DNA of 63,985 nucleotides, counting the filler, from Sluysia triapertura (taxonomy: Eukaryota), in assembly GCA_046118255.1 (NCBI GenBank). It is 5 parts of 5 records of this genome, joined end to end, with 100 filler letters (N's around TTAATTAATTAA, not from the genome) between each part and the next. Parts side by side here need not be neighbours in the genome. Positions count along the whole stretch, not along the records: positions 12,536 to 28,588 come from JBJNIA010211810.1; positions 28,689 to 40,882 come from JBJNIA010120195.1; 3 more parts are not named here. The stretch is one strand, 5' to 3'. The translations under genes were made by a program, and so were the position numbers. The notes below the pieces were generated by a model. The model was not told where the DNA came from. It saw only the letters and a list, made by a program, of their open reading frames with translations, and did not search any database. Positions 26,783 to 39,773 of this stretch are shown here, piece by piece. Each line of letters starts with the position of its first letter. Position 1 is the stretch's first letter.

Positions 26783-27287
26783 TTTAATGAAAATAGCACA
26801 AAATGTCAAAAAAGCAAAATTACCATTAAAAAGTATTGAAGGAGTTATATTAGGAATGTAATTTTATTAATATTAAAATTTATACAATTTAAGTTACTTA
26901 ACAAATCCAATTTTAAATGTAGAACGTTTTGTTATAACGTTTCAATCTCATCAATTCAGACATATGGTTTTAGGGTTATTTAATCATGAAACACGAACTT
27001 TTGGAACAATAGGTATTAGTAGACGATCGAATTTGATGTACAAACCATTATTTTATGAGGTTAGTGTGATATTTAAAAATATCGTTTTTATAATGTTTAT
27101 TAGTTACTTGTAAATAAAAACAGTATATTAATTATTAAAATTAATTATTGATTATTATTATTTTCAGACATTGTATGATTTGATTCAAGAATTTAATGAA
27201 TCATATTCAATAAATGGTAATAGTTTAGTAGAAGTTCATTTTAGTGATCCAATTAGTAGACAAAAAAATGGTACTTTTAATTGGGCA
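26783..27287 (+). CDS. VASH: Vasohibin-like (tubulin carboxypeptidase family) internal exons 26783-26857, 26894-27059, 27168-27287; catalytic Cys replaced by Ser
   Basis: Spliced at GT-AG sites: LMKIAQNVKKAKLPLKSIEGVILGI|YLTNPILNVERFVITFQSHQFRHMVLGLFNHETRTFGTIGISRRSNLMYKPLFYE|TLYDLIQEFNESY. VASH1 reads LMDLAKEMTKEALPIKCLEAVILGIYLTN...ERF...FRHIVLG...GALGMSRREDLMYKP...TLSELV. The 3' end is uncertain (read-through stop at 27306-27308). Confidence 0.88.
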
Positions 27288-28588
27288 GTTAGTAATTTAA
27301 TTACCTGAAATATGACTATTTAGTACTTCATTTTAAGTCAGTGTGCCATTTGTGTTTTTTTGGTTTTAGTAAAATGTTGGTGTGCTAATTTGCTAATCCA
27401 ATGGTAAGAAAAAATCAATAAGACGAAATAATATTGCGTGTGATGTTAACGAGATTAGAGAGGTGATTAAATTAATAATGCAAAGTTATTTGAAATTTTC
27501 AATTAATATTGTACATGTATGAGTCAAAATGTCTTTAAATTGTAAACAATTTATACATAATCTACAGTGAATGAATGTTTATAAATTGTTTCAAAAATAT
27601 TCAACCAATTATAAGACAATGATACATTACTGAAATATTATGAAATGCTCTTATTAATTTACATTTATTTGGAATATATTCAATGATCGAAAAACGAATT
27701 TGTTTACTCGGGATATATTTCCACTTTTAATTTATGAAGTACCATTAGCATATCCATATTTGGCAATTCCTGGATTAACCACTTATCTTCCTGTTTTTAT
27801 TATAACTAAACATAGAAAACGGCAAGACCTTATTTAAGTCAAATAATATCTGAGTAATAATACTACTATTTATCTCCGGTTTTTCAAAATGTAGTCGATT
27901 TACTCATTGCTTTTTACTATTCAATTGTTTACTATATTTAATTTATTCAAATATTTCTAGAATTATCAATGATTTTCTGGGTGAAAATATGCACAGGGAG
28001 AATATGTTGCCATCAGTAAACAGTCAATATAATTAGAATTAAAACTTTAAAATCATTTTAAAAATATTTTAAAACTTCCTAATGATTAAAAAATATTTAT
28101 TTTCCTATGACATGTATGTAAACTAACATTGGTTCAGTATTAACGCACAATAAAATTGCTACAATTTTATTATCACAATTTATTTTAAAACAAAGGCAGG
28201 ATCTCATTTTCGTTTTATCAATTCATCCTTTATTAATATAAGTGTATTATTACAATCTCAATTAGTTTATCGACACAGTTTCCTTTTAAAATTTAGATTC
28301 AAAACAGTTTATTGGTTACAATTTTACAATTTAATTCAGGATAGTTCCCATGGCTTATTACTATCATTTTATTTGTTATTTGGCAAGCTTTATTATTGTG
28401 AGGAGGTTTCAACCTAAAACATTGAAACATAAAATACACGTAAATTAATTTAAGGAACTTTCAAAACCCCGATCTATTGGGAGGAACGTTTATAAATTAA
28501 AATTACATATATCAAAAAATCAAAGATCTACCAGATTTTGATTTTAAATTAATAGACATTTTTAAAGCTTGATTTAGTCATTGATTTT

Positions 28589-28688
28589 NNNNNNNNNNNN
28601 NNNNNNNNNNNNNNNNNNNNNNNNNNNNNNNNTTAATTAATTAANNNNNNNNNNNNNNNNNNNNNNNNNNNNNNNNNNNNNNNNNNNN
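28589..28688. other. Artificial scaffold-joining linker
   Basis: N44-TTAATTAATTAA-N44. Confidence 0.97.
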
Positions 28689-29879
28689 CATTATTATTAT
28701 CATTATCATTATCATTATTATCATCATCATCATCAAATTAACAAGTCAACTGATTGTATCTCCGACACAATGGTGTTTAGTACTTCATTTTACAATCAAA
28801 TAACTTCTCTTTCAACCGATATCTTGTGATCTCACAAAAGCATGTTTATTCAGAAATGTTTATCGATATCAGCAGTTGGCATCAGTCGAAAAAGTAATAT
28901 AATTTTTGATAACTCTCATTAATAAAAAATACAAATACATGAGCAATTATTATTATTTTTGAAATATAAATATATATAGTTTTAATTTGATACAGCTCTG
29001 AATTATAATAACTGAATTAATAATCTTATAATCATTAAGTTATATTAGAAATTCAATAATAATTAATATAATAGTAGCAATAATAATGATAATGGTAATA
29101 AATGTGATAATAATGATAATAATAATAATAATAGTAAGAATAATAATATTAAAAATAATAATATTAATAATAATGATAATAATAGATTAATAATTATTTC
29201 ATATAACATGACCACTGTGACTACTACCAATACATCATAAGATGTTTCTTTAAATATCTAAAACAGCACACATAACAAGGTGTCATCAAGTTCAAACGTG
29301 ATATAATAATTATTTATGCTCTACTGACATCTCATGCCAAGTACATGTTAATACATGTTGTTGAATCCATGTATCATCACTAAAATTATTTATCATTTTC
29401 TATACAGACTCACTACTTTCTGCTGACTACTGAAATTATGCAACTATAACTGGCATCATTATGAACAATGACTCATCATCTAATCACTCGTACATACAAA
29501 CACATCGAAAATAAAATCGAATGCTCCAATCAGTATTCACATAAATATACTCAAAAATTATGCATTTGACTTCGTACTAATACCCTTCTTCCATCAAGGT
29601 CAAGTGTCGACAAATCAAATTAAAGAATGTATTGTACATATGCAAGACCGCGCGATATCAACGTATTGACTTTCAGAATTGAATTTGCTCCTCAATCACA
29701 CTCGGACCACAACCAACATAACAGAATCGTTAATACTTATTACGAATAGAGACGGTGATGATTATTTTTATAGTAATAATTACTTTTCATAGATGATTAA
29801 ATATTTTTAGTAATTTTCGCATAAAATACATCGAAAATATTTTTTAAAAATAAGTGTTTTGGAAGCAAATTATTATTAT

Positions 29880-29973
29880 TATTATCATTATCTTTATCAT
29901 TACCATCGTCATTATTATTATCATTATTATTACCATCGTCATTATTATTATCATTATAATTACCATCGTCATT
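29880..29973. repeat. 30-bp minisatellite built on ATT repeats, running into a gap
   Basis: attattattatcattattattaccatcgtc, about 3 copies. Confidence 0.85.
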
Positions 29974-30505
29974 NNNNNNNNNNNNNNNNNNNNNNNNNNN
30001 NNNNNNNNNNNNNNNNNNNNNNNNNNNNNNNNNNNNNNNNNNNNNNNNNNNNNNNNNNNNNNNNNNNNNNNNNNNNNNNNNNNNNNNNNNNNNNNNNNNN
30101 NNNTTATTACAGTTTTGCAAATAATTTATTAAATATATAAAATGATCAAATATTTATTCAAAAAGTTGAAAATTAATAGTAGTCCTTGATCGTGGTGGTA
30201 CATCAAAATGAACCCTTATGTATAATGAATGAATGTGCATCAGAAGACAGTGCGCAATAATGAAAAATCGATATTATTAACACGAATTGTTTTCTACACA
30301 ACGTAGTCATAATACATCACACACAAATCACCCTATATTGCGGCATGCTACTAATTCGTAAATAATTTCGATCAATCCTGTTCTTTGTGTTTATGTTTAT
30401 CTTTATGTTCAAACTTTATCGATATTTTCATAAAATTTTTTCTCCTTGTAATAATAAATGATCGACCAAAATCAATTAAAAGTTCCTCTACTTATTCAAT
30501 ATATG

Positions 30506-30963
30506 TACATGGTAACCGAACTGCAAATTTAAATAAAAATTAGATATCGAAAACAACAAATTTAATAAGCATATTTAGTATTTACAAATGTTCAAAATGT
30601 CCACCTTGAACTTCAATACAAGCACGACATCTTTTGACAACACTGCGACAAGTTTCCTTTGAAATTTGGTTCCATTCGTGCTGAATACTTGGTTTTAGTT
30701 GATCAATTGTCCTGGGATTTTCAGCATAAACGAAGATACGTTCATTTAAATCTAAAGTCCTTCGCTGCATTTTTAAGAATGAGGATCCAGAAGCGCACAC
30801 GGAACAAAATCAAGCAACAAAAGTCATTCCAAAGATTACTATTCTCAGAAATAGTAGCGAAGGTAACACACAAAATGACATAAAAGAAGAAATTACATTT
30901 GCCGTTTTTGATATCTCATTTTTATTTACGTTTGTGGTTCAGTTACTTTTGGGACACCCTGTA
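30506..30963 (-). mobile_element. Internally deleted Tc1/mariner element with ~60-bp TIRs and TA flanks
   Basis: One end reads TA-CAGGGTGTCCCAAAAGTAACTGAACC (revcomp at 30963), matched by a degenerate copy at 30506. The transposase C-terminus reads VYAENPRTIDQLK...KRCRACIEVQGGHFEHL*. Confidence 0.85.
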
Positions 30964-33900
30964 TATATTAAAAGAACAATTTTATATATATAGCAACAAT
31001 TATTTTTGTAACGAACAGTATGCATGTTCAAAAAGTATATGTAAAATAAAAACAAACAGCAAATTTACGAATTAGAAAACGAATATAAGAATATTTAATA
31101 TTTATTTAATATTATAATATTAATTTATTAATGCTAATATAAAATAAAATTTATTTAACCAATAAAGAATACATAAATTGAGAAATATAGACAAAACATC
31201 ATCTTTAACCAATGATCGCCCACTTCTCTCTTCATCATAAACAATGAATTTTGCAATTTCTCGCAGAAACAGTACCAGGGTTAATCTTCTCAATTGTTGG
31301 CACATCATTCCATCTTTCCACAATAAATGTCAGTTTTTTCAAGTCGCTTCGCTTAAATAATATTTTTAAAATGATATCTCTCTGAAACATTTCAAAAAGG
31401 ATTTAATAATGCATTTAAACTAAACATATTTCTTCATAAAACATTGACGTTTTTTAGATTTACAGACGGTTGATGTTTTGTTTATATTTCCAATTTATAT
31501 ATTGTCTTTATTAGTTAAATAAATATTATTTTCTATTATTATATTGTATTGTAGATTACGCCACATGGAAGAAGGTATATATCATAAAGACAAAGAGGAA
31601 TTAAGTTTAACAAGGAATGATGATGCGAGATGTTGATGATAGATTATCTATGTTAACAATTTCAATATGGTCCATCGAATATTAAAATATTTTTTAAGAC
31701 AAAAGAACAATGAACAATGTGGTGGTTAGATTGCATTTAAACACGTAAAATGAATATTAATAATATTCGACTTCAATTCGTAATTTTATGCACATTCTTT
31801 TAAAAACAGTGCACTAAAAGTAAATAATTCGTTTACACCCTTTTGTTTTTTAAACAATTTATTATTATTTTAAAATAGTCTTCATTCATTCATTCATTCT
31901 CATTTGTCAACGATCGTGGAATTTAATAGTCACAAATATTTCTAATTATTATTATTATCATCATCATTTTTATAAAAACACAATTTAAAATTAGATTAAT
32001 AAATTTGAATTTGATGAGTCATTAAAAACGAATCATTTGATGACATTTAAGCTGCAAATTAGCCAATGTTAATTCGTTGTGTTTTGAAAAAAAGGATTAT
32101 CGCTATTACAGATTTGATATTTAAAATGAATGTCAATTAAAACAATTTTAAAAGAGAATAAGAAATTATAGTGACATCCATGATTTGAAGTTTGTAACTA
32201 AATTGATTTTAATGAATATTTTTGGGCATATTGAGATAGTCGTTTTGAGATGTATCTATTTTTATACGTTTTATAATAACCGCACTTGCACATTAACATT
32301 CCAATTTTATATGGTAAACATGTATTATTTTATTAAAATGTAAGTTCGTGTGTCAACACACACACAATTTGAAATTGGAATAATTAATTGATGAATAATT
32401 AATAATTTTTTTAGAAATTTTATATATTTTTTGTTTTTTCGTTTCCTTTTAATATTATCATCGTTGTATTTGATGTATTACTTCAATTCTTCTTTATGTA
32501 TTGTACGTTTTATATATATTTGGTTTTCATTTATTGTTTATTAAATAAAAACAAATGTTTATTTTTGGTTTGTTTTTGAATTACCTTTTTGAAACTGATA
32601 TTTACTTTAGTGATAACTTTCAGTCGAACAATGATGTGTCAGTGATTAACTCTTAATAACTGTGGCGGATCAGTCTGTATTAATATGTATCATATTATAT
32701 TAATAACATCACTTACAGACACAAACTTTATCATAAAAACGTTTCACTTATACCATCACATAACATGCCATCAAATCTCGTAACTTCACTATTACATCTC
32801 AACTCCAGACAAATAATAGAATTATAAATTATCGATTAAAATTAAATTCTAAGTTAATAATAATAATGCTTCCGCACTTCAACTCTTACAATAAATATAA
32901 CCATCATTGTTATCATTTTCATACTGAATAAATTTCCATCGAGATCGTATTACAAATCAAGATTGGAATCTTGATCCCAAGCTATAATTCTGCGCACCAA
33001 ATAGTTGTTTGTTATTTTATGCAATGTGTCATTAAAGCCAAAGAATAAAACATAAAGAAATTGTTTAATTAAAGAACATAAATAAATAAATTTAAAAATG
33101 TACCAAATAAAAAATCGACCTTGGTACTATAGTTAGAATTATGGAGATATGACATAATGTTATTAACTTGGTGATGTCGTGATAAAATCTTTTACTTTTA
33201 TTTAAAATGTGAAAATTATGATTATTAACATTTAACAAACATTTATTGTAATTTCTTCTATAATTTCTATAGTTTAAGTTATGTTTATTCAAAATCGAAT
33301 AAAAAAGATAATGTAAACAATATATATATTGAAGTTGAAATTTAATGAAATAATAACTGAAAAGTTTAATTATTAAAAATACTGACATGTCGCTGAACAT
33401 ATCTCAGGCAGGACTTTACATTGACTAACATGCGAATCAATGCTGTTTAAAAGTAAAATAAAATGAGAACTAAAATAAAAATATCGTACATAAATTAAAT
33501 CTGTATATCTAACGTTAAAATTGATGTTTCGAGACGTTGTTAATGAAATCGATGTAACATATCATCCCCAATAGTAGTTTAGGAAGCCGGTGGTTTTAAT
33601 TGTATGACATTGATCTTTAAACATTACATCGGTAAGGATCACAACAATATATTAATATATCTTCTTAACATATTTGACTTTATATTGAATTTAAGATTTA
33701 TAGATACTTGATAAACTAACAATGCAAATGCATTAATGACATCGAACTTGTTATAAAAACTTTTATTAGATTTAATATAGTTTTCAATATTAAATAACCT
33801 CACCATGAGTTTAGGTAGAATTATATGATCCTTATCATTTTATTAGATGAAGTTAAAATTTCCTTTAAAAATCGGAGGTCATGCAAGTCAATGATACCAA

Positions 33901-34061
33901 ATTTTATTCTAAATTTCGTAACTGATTTTGTAAAATCGAATCTAAAATTTCTGCCAATCTATAACGTATGGAACTTCATCTCTAAAGTAAAAATGACTAA
34001 TTACGTAAATTAATGTATCTAATCTTGAGGATAACTTATAATAATGTTAGACTTCATAGAA

Positions 34062-34133
34062 TAGACTGACCGGGGATCGAACCCGGGACCTCTAGCTGCG
34101 CGGTTCGATGCTCTACCACTGAGCTATCAGCCC
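34062..34133 (-). ncRNA. 72-nt tRNA-like sequence (SINE/pseudo-tRNA type; nominal anticodon GCG, anticodon stem unpaired)
   Basis: GGGCTGA TA GCTC AGTGGTA GAGC A TCGAA CCGCGCA GCTAG AGGTC CCGGG TTCGATC CCCGG TCAGTCT A. The A and B boxes and the acceptor, D and T stems are intact; the anticodon stem does not pair. Confidence 0.8.
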
Positions 34134-35070
34134 CTCCTAAAAATTTTAATTTATTATAGTCAATGATACTGTAATGGCACTTTAGGCCTTTTTAACCCAA
34201 CAATAATAATGATCATTTTCCATTACTGTTGTGGTTATTCTTAATATTTTGTATGGTAATTATCACCATTTGAATGAATATGTTTTATAGGTTCATGCGA
34301 TGATTCTAAATCGAGTAATATTGATGATAAAATTGGTAACATTACTGGTCGCATTAAGCCATTCATGACCACAGTGTAAGAAGTGAGTCGGTGCTTTTGA
34401 ATTTATTCTGTGATACTTCTGCTTAATAGAATTAGTACTGATTGTTAACATAAATTTCATTGCGTCGTTTATAATCATATCAATTAAACAATCTGTATTA
34501 GGACCATTGCCAAGAGCATGTTTTGAGTTCATCATTATTTTTCAATATAAAAGGTATCTTTAAAGATGGATTGACATTAAATAATCATGGATGACTATAA
34601 TTTCATTATTACGATTTTTAAAAATGATTTTGAATTATGATTAAATTGTTGAGTAGCAATAGTGACTAAAATTGTGTCGAAAAAACTCGGTTTTAAAATT
34701 ATGAATTGTGATTAAATTTTTTGTTAATTTTTTGATTATCTGTAAGCCAATTAAAACCACGTATAATGCTGAACAGATTTCAACAACCAATAAAAGCAAC
34801 TGTTTTGTTGCTACAGTTTAATTTAAATTTTAATTTAAATTTTAATAAAGACGAAGCTGTCTGTTAATGACAGAAAATAATTACAGAATGTATAATGAAA
34901 ACTCTCAGAATTGAAATATTAGTGGTGATATTTGAAATAATGATAATGATAATTAATAATAATAATTACAGTAATGATAGTAATAATTAATAATGGTAAT
35001 AATAATGATAATAAAAATGTCTAAAAATACTAATACTAATAATACTAATGATGATGATAATAATAATAAT

Positions 35071-35115
<45 letters not shown>

Positions 35116-35159
35116 CAATAAAGACGAAACTAAAATGCATAAATATCTCTAACATGAAT

Positions 35160-36165
35160 TTAAAAATCTTTTTCTTTAAAGTTCTTCATAATACAAAAGG
35201 CTGTAATTACGTACATTAATTGATCAATCATACTTTCTTCGTGTTCATTGTTTGGTGTTAAATGATTTGAAATTATTTTTAAGATTTTATTATTATTAAA
35301 TATTTGTTTAGAATTAAAATATGTAAAATTATAAAAATTTGCTGTTTTATTACAAAAGGAATTTATTAAATTTAATTTGAAAACTTCACAATTATCTTTA
35401 TTATTTACTAAATTAATCAAATAAAGACACAAAATTTTATTACTACACACATAAATTCTAATTGTTACATCGAAATATGTGAAAAATTTTATTCCATCTA
35501 TATTTCCATATGTTGCTAATAAGTTTGTTTGTGGAGTCCTAAAAAATAAATGATAGAGATAAAACCTATGTTCATGAAAAAACAAAATTACAATTACTTT
35601 CAGTCTTAGTTTATCAACTTGATAATAGTCATTATCTTCGTGCTGGAAACGAATTTTGAAACTGCTGAACTTCTGTTTGTTGTCAAATTGACTGGATTGT
35701 AACGATGTCAATAAACTTTGCATGTGTTCGTCTATGTCTCGTTCATTGCTTTTCCATTTCGAAGACATTGTGGTAAAAGCGGCAGGATGTACCGAATTTG
35801 ATACATATTCCAAATGCATCTAATTGAGATGGGCATTGTGCCATACATTTTTGAGTGGGCAAGATAACGTTAACAATAGGTATAAAATGAAAATAATCTT
35901 TAACGTGCACTTGACAATATGTAACACCATTCAACAAGAATAAAATCAACTTAATACGTCTCTCCTTTAATGTTGTAGACGATGTAGTTGCTTTTGCAAA
36001 GCGATTCAATATAGTCTGTCTGCTCTTAAAATCTTCTAAATGCATAACATCAGACTTTGCCGATTCTTGAATATTTTGTTTTAATAGAAGTATTAAATGT
36101 TTGCATGTCTGGCTTAGATAATAGAAATGACACAACTCGGTTAATAACAGCTTTATCATAATCAA
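35160..36165 (-). pseudogene. Two overlapping out-of-frame ORFs of unknown identity (possible frameshifted or spliced gene)
   Basis: 140-aa and 219-aa ORFs overlap at 35743-35819. GC is raised over the flanks and there is a GT..AG intron-like segment at 35539-35597. No family recognised. Confidence 0.3.
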
Positions 36166-37022
36166 TTCGAGATATTGGATCCTAAATCGATATGTCGTAC
36201 GTCGTTAGATAAAAGTTTTGAGACTAATGTAATTTTTCTTATTTTTAGTCTCCGACTTAGTTGGAGTGCCTCATTAAGTTGGAGTCTTAGTTTTACAAAA
36301 ATTCTTTAAAAGTATTAACAACTTATGAAAAATAAACTAATGAAATAATAAAAATATAAAGATTGTTCGATCCAAATTATCGTTCAAGGACTTCGACTCA
36401 AAGAACTGTGATTTAAATTTTTGTGTGTTTTGTGTTGAAATTGTATTTTCTTTATAATGATTTTAATCGTCCTTGAACGACTTTAGTCAAAATTTAAAAT
36501 TTATGCGATTTAAACAAGTTTATTAATATTTATAATTAATTATATTTATATTAATTATATTTATTATATTAAAAAGAATTTAATTATAAATCCAAATAAT
36601 TAAAATGTTATTGAATCTACCAAATCAATAATTAAAATGTTATTGAACCTACCAAATCAATAATTAAATCAATAATTAAAATGTTAAAAAATTAGTAATT
36701 CATAATCAACACATAAATGAATATACACAATACAGTTATAAATATTATAAATATAAACATTAAAATAACAATTATTATTATTGACATACTTAAGAATGAT
36801 GAATTTAACTTTAATTTTGCAATTTAATTAATTTTCAATTATTCACTCAATTTTCTAATGGAAAATGTTTAAGGTCCTCATTTCACAAACATTTAAACCT
36901 TATTTTTGGATTCTCCTATTTCATAGCAATCATTTCATCTTTAATTCATTATCTTTTCATCATTCTAAATATCATTCTAAAATTCAACATTTTATAATTA
37001 AAAATTAATTAAAATTCGACTT

Positions 37023-37686
37023 TGTTCAATTTGGAGGCTTTCCAGACATGAGCTCGGTTGAACCATATCTTCATCGGAAGATCTTTTTTAAAACACATAT
37101 ATACAATAAAAATTTTAACATAGTATTTCTCATTATTATTCAGTATTATTCACACAAGCATAATTTCTCTTCATTATTAAGATTTAATTAATTAATTAAT
37201 TATTTTAACTTATTTTATTCTAAGTTTAAAGGTTTTATTATGGTTATAAAGTTGTTAAATACTTTATAAAGTTCGCTGATTCCTTTTCTACTTTTTATTT
37301 AAATTATTAATATATTAAATTTATCTTTAATATTATTAACCATGATTTTAATTCTTGAACATTTTACAAGGTTACTCGAAGGTCTCAAAAGTCTGCAAAG
37401 ATTCCAAAAGATCAACAAGATCTCAACTGAACCCAAGGTTCAGAAGTTCAAAAGTATCTTCATATTTCAAGACATCTTTCCAAACCTTACGCAAGTTTCA
37501 TAATAGTCTCAATACCTTTGGAACTCCAAGGTATTCTTCGATTTCAAAATGATTATAAGCATCTTACTCCTTATTATTCTTGCTCTAGGATTATTAAATT
37601 ATGTATATATTACATTTTCTTAAATATATTTTAAATTCTCTTACTTTTTAACCTATTTTCTATACACTAACTGGACAATCCCAACA
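37023..37686. mobile_element. Possible solo-LTR relic
   Basis: TGTT...CAACA termini. The terminal segment is shared with 22450-22505. No TSD seen. Confidence 0.3.
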
Positions 37687-38372
37687 TAATTGTAGAATCG
37701 TTTATGAAATATTTCGACAATAAAATAATTGATAAAATAATAAAATAATGAGCACATACTGGAGGTTAAATTTTAAAAGCAAAGTGAGATGATTTGAAGA
37801 TTTCTTAGAATATATTCTAGTTTACCTTTTTTAAAAATGATAACTTTAAAACAAATCGATTATTAGTGTTCCGCTTTATAGCGAGATTAAAATAAGTTTA
37901 AACCTTACGCACAATTATTAGGATTTCGCTACATAGTGAGTTAAATAGATATTTTACTACGGTTCTTATTTGTGACTTATACTTTAATATGAACTTAAAA
38001 TCTAAAAAGTTTAATTTTTTAAAATACAAAAGTTTTATTTATTTATTTTTAATCTTATTAAATGTTTACCATAAAACTAATTAAATCATAATAATTAATA
38101 TATGTAAATTAATATTTAGAATAATATATCAAACATTTATACCAATAATACTATAACCAAATATATTATTACACATATAAATATATAATATAATATTATG
38201 CAATATTACGTAATAAATAAAAAGCAGAAGGAAAAAATTAACAATTTAGTATTAAAATCACTAAGATCTTTAATCTCTTAGTTACTAAATTTTAAATTAA
38301 AAACTCCCCTAATTAAAACAAGTTAATAAAAATTATTAAATGGTTATTAAATGAAACTTACTAAATCAATAG

Positions 38373-38590
38373 CTTACACTCGAATTGGTACTNNNNNNNN
38401 NNNNNNNNNNNNNNNNNNNNNNNNNNNNNNNNNNNNNNNNNNNNNNNNNNNNNNNNNNNNNNNNNNNNNNNNNNNNNNNNNNNNNNNNNNNNTTCTTACA
38501 CTCGAATTGGTACTTTCTTACACTCGAATTGGTACTTTCTTACACTCGAATTGGTACTTTCTTACACTCGAATTGGTACTTTCTTACACT
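38373..38590. repeat. 22-bp minisatellite (ttcttacactcgaattggtact)n spanning a gap
   Basis: Four perfect copies at 38493-38580 plus partial copies on both sides of the gap. No spacers. Confidence 0.95.
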
Positions 38591-39250
38591 CTAATTGATT
38601 CCTTGCTAATAAGAACTCGCTAAATCCAAACAGTTAGTAATGACGAAAAATGGTATCAACAAAAAAGAGTAGAAAAACAAAATGGCTACTAAATTACGCT
38701 GATACTAGTTTATATATACCAGTTATCAGCCAATAAGAATCGATTGAATCTATTTTTCTTTTGAATGATTAATTTCCATTGATTTGGTAGTTCGAAATGG
38801 TTATGATGACAACGTACCAATAATAAAGATATTACAAATATTTGTTTTTTTTGTCAAACGTTTAACTGAGATATTATAGATCTATTTAAAATGGTCTTGA
38901 AAATTACTAATAGTTTAACTATGTGCAAACTTAACAACAAAATCTAACGTAATAGCACTTAATTATGTGGAATTATTTCAAATTCTTTGACTAAATTGGA
39001 ATTGTTCTAAGATAAAGTATGAATTTCTAATTTATAAAAATATTATTAATAAAATTATACTTTCGATTATAAATTTAAAATTGTTTTGTGCTACTAAGTG
39101 AATTACTATTTTTAGGTAAACTGTAAGTACTAATAATAATGAGTAAGTAATCAATGAATAAATTATTCAGACCATTAAAATATTTATTGTTATTATTGTT
39201 TTACTTTTGGTGGGTATCTTAACTCAAGTCTAAATGTGTTTGTCTACCAT

Positions 39251-39773
39251 CAAGACCGGATCTAGGGTTTTGAGCTCCCTTTCATACAAGAATATACAAA
39301 TTTACTGCGAATTAAAAAAATAGTAAAAAATCCAAATTGCACAATAAAGAACTGTGTAAAAAATTTATTTATTTAAGAAAATAATACAATAGTTATTTAC
39401 TTACAAACGATACAACATATGAAATAACATAACAAGCGCATGTGAAGTTTGAGCGACGAAGTTATGCTATTCCTGTTACATACGTGTGACATACAAGATT
39501 TTTTGTAATGTTATTTGTCAAAAATTAAATTAATTTTTTTGAAAATCAGTTTGTAAACAGTTTACAATGTTAACATAATTAGCACATTGTGAGACCTTTA
39601 TTCGGTATTATTAAAGAAAACAATTTATTGCTTGACAAAAAAATCGATGACTCATGAAAAATGATCGATTTTAATTTATAAAATCTAAAACAATATTGTA
39701 CTTGTTATATCAGCGCCTCAAAATGTGGCACCCCGGCCCGTCGCCCGGCTTACCTAACCTTTACATGGCGTTG
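39251..39773. mobile_element. Possible decayed non-autonomous hAT element
   Basis: CAA...TTG ends with GC-rich subterminal tracts. The 8-bp flanks tctaccat and cctatgat match 5/8. Confidence 0.3.

Noticed and set aside
34062-34133. Functional tRNA-Arg(GCG)
   Set aside because: The anticodon stem cannot pair, position 33 is C rather than U, and the sequence is part of a repeat.
38373-38590. CRISPR-like direct repeats
   Set aside because: The units abut with no spacers, there are no cas genes and the context is eukaryotic.
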